Assembly: GCA_038217285.1 (NCBI GenBank)
Contig: JBBQPO010000048.1
Span: 1-27,815, forward strand
Length of the DNA stretch: 27,815 bases
Reading direction: 5' to 3'
Origin: Chthonomonadales bacterium
GTDB lineage: Bacteria; Armatimonadota; Chthonomonadetes; Chthonomonadales; Chthonomonadaceae
Made by a program: the position numbers and the translations under genes. The notes under the pieces are model-generated. The model worked only from the letters and a program-made list of their open reading frames with translations, was not told where the DNA came from and made no database searches. Position 1 is the first letter of the stretch. Each line of letters begins with the position of its first letter. Shown here in pieces: positions 26,945-27,815 of the stretch.

Positions 26945-27190
26945 GTCTCCACCGCAGCTTATCTTGTCCCTTAAGACCGCCGCCCCCAAAGGAGCAGCCT
27001 GTTGGAGAAAGTAAAGGCCCATAAATGGGCCTGAGATGGCTGAAAGGGAGAGCAAATCTCTCCACAAGGGAGGGCTGACAGCCTGTTTCCTTTCGCAATC
27101 GCCCCTGCTTACGTCCGACCCAGCCCCCTTTAGGGGGCTTACTGCCTCAGGCCGCTCCTTGAGGGGCGGGAAGTAAAGCGCGAGGAGGTT
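26945..27190 (-). repeat. REPIN/MITE-like palindromic dispersed repeat, copy B (inverted relative to copy A)
   Basis: Reverse complement aligns across its length with 2778-3024 (e.g. CCCGCCCCTCAAGGAGCGG, GCCCATTTATGGGCCTT, CTTAAGGGACAA). Confidence 0.9.
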
Positions 27191-27206
27191 CCTGCTTAAG
27201 GCAAAT

Positions 27207-27815
27207 CTAAGCCTTAAGCTGGGCCAACAAAGTATCCGCTGTATTGACTGGTTCCTTGCAGGCGAAATTCTCGCACACGTATGCTGTCGGCCGGTTGTCT
27301 CGCTGAGGGCGATTAGCTAGAAGCGGAATCTCAGTGGATGCCTTGTCGGGTGCGTCGGCCTGAATCACGATTTTGTTCGGAAGATAGAGGCTGTAGACAG
27401 TGCTGAGCAGTTCTCGGGTGCCTTCGACCGTCAGGTCGCCTATGATCGCGATCTCTTTCGGCGTGGAGAGGTAGAAGTCCAGGGCACTGAGGCAACGGGC
27501 GAAACTGTAGGGATGCTTCTCCAGAGTGGAACCGAGACGGCGGAGGACGCGCGCGGCGTGTTCACGGTAACCATTGTCGCCGGTGAGAACTGCGAGGCGC
27601 AGGAGCACGTCGAGCGCCACGGAGTTGCCGCTGGGGGTGGCGTTGTCGTCCCAGTCCTTCGGGCGTTGGATGAGGGTTTCGTGATCGGTGCTGGTCGCGA
27701 AAAAGCCGGAGTTCTCTTCGTCCCAGAAATAGGTGAACATCGAGGCGACCAGTTCGCGAGCCAGGGCAAGCCACTGCGGGTCGAAGGTCGCTTCGTACAG
27801 ATGGAGCAGGCCGTC
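27207..27815 (-). CDS. YyaL/SSP411-family thioredoxin-domain protein (C-terminal part; 5'-truncated)
   Basis: Frame is open to the window end. GLL.LYEATFD..WL..A, F.D...GFF.T, D.ATPSGNS, TAYVCENF.C..PV. Confidence 0.9.
   Translation of the reverse strand, partial: DGLLHLYEATFDPQWLALARELVASMFTYFWDEENSGFFATSTDHETLIQRPKDWDDNATPSGNSVALDVLLRLAVLTGDNGYREHAARVLRRLGSTLEKHPYSFARCLSALDFYLSTPKEIAIIGDLTVEGTRELLSTVYSLYLPNKIVIQADAPDKASTEIPLLANRPQRDNRPTAYVCENFACKEPVNTADTLLAQLKA

Overview
GC-rich bacterial chromosomal window. Gene content (DUF1559 pilin-like protein, SLH-anchored porin) suggests a diderm Terrabacteria lineage such as Armatimonadota; this is an inference. In order it holds: (1) ppdK, 5'-truncated; (2) a ~620-bp convergent intergenic region with a terminator, an 81-bp MITE-like element, a ~250-bp REPIN-like element and an orphan sigma70 promoter; (3) a Pho-box-led phosphate uptake operon on the minus strand (SLH-porin, pstS, fused pstC-pstA, pstB); (4) a SurA/PrsA-like foldase; (5) hslU without an adjacent hslV; (6) a six-gene, cysteine-motif-rich minus-strand operon (DUF4920-like lipoprotein, degenerate FMN-binding protein, two MacB/FtsX-type permeases, ATPase, DUF1559 pilin-like protein) with an OmpR-type operator; (7) the nusA-ylxR-infB-rbfA-nrnA-truB-ribF operon, which lacks rimP, contains a ~350-nt candidate structured RNA and carries a collapsed DUF503 relic; (8) TIM-barrel, MBL-hydrolase and DUF1802 genes; (9) a second, inverted copy of the REPIN-like element; (10) the 3' part of a YyaL/SSP411-family gene. 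All family assignments come from motif recognition by eye; no searches or folding programs were run.
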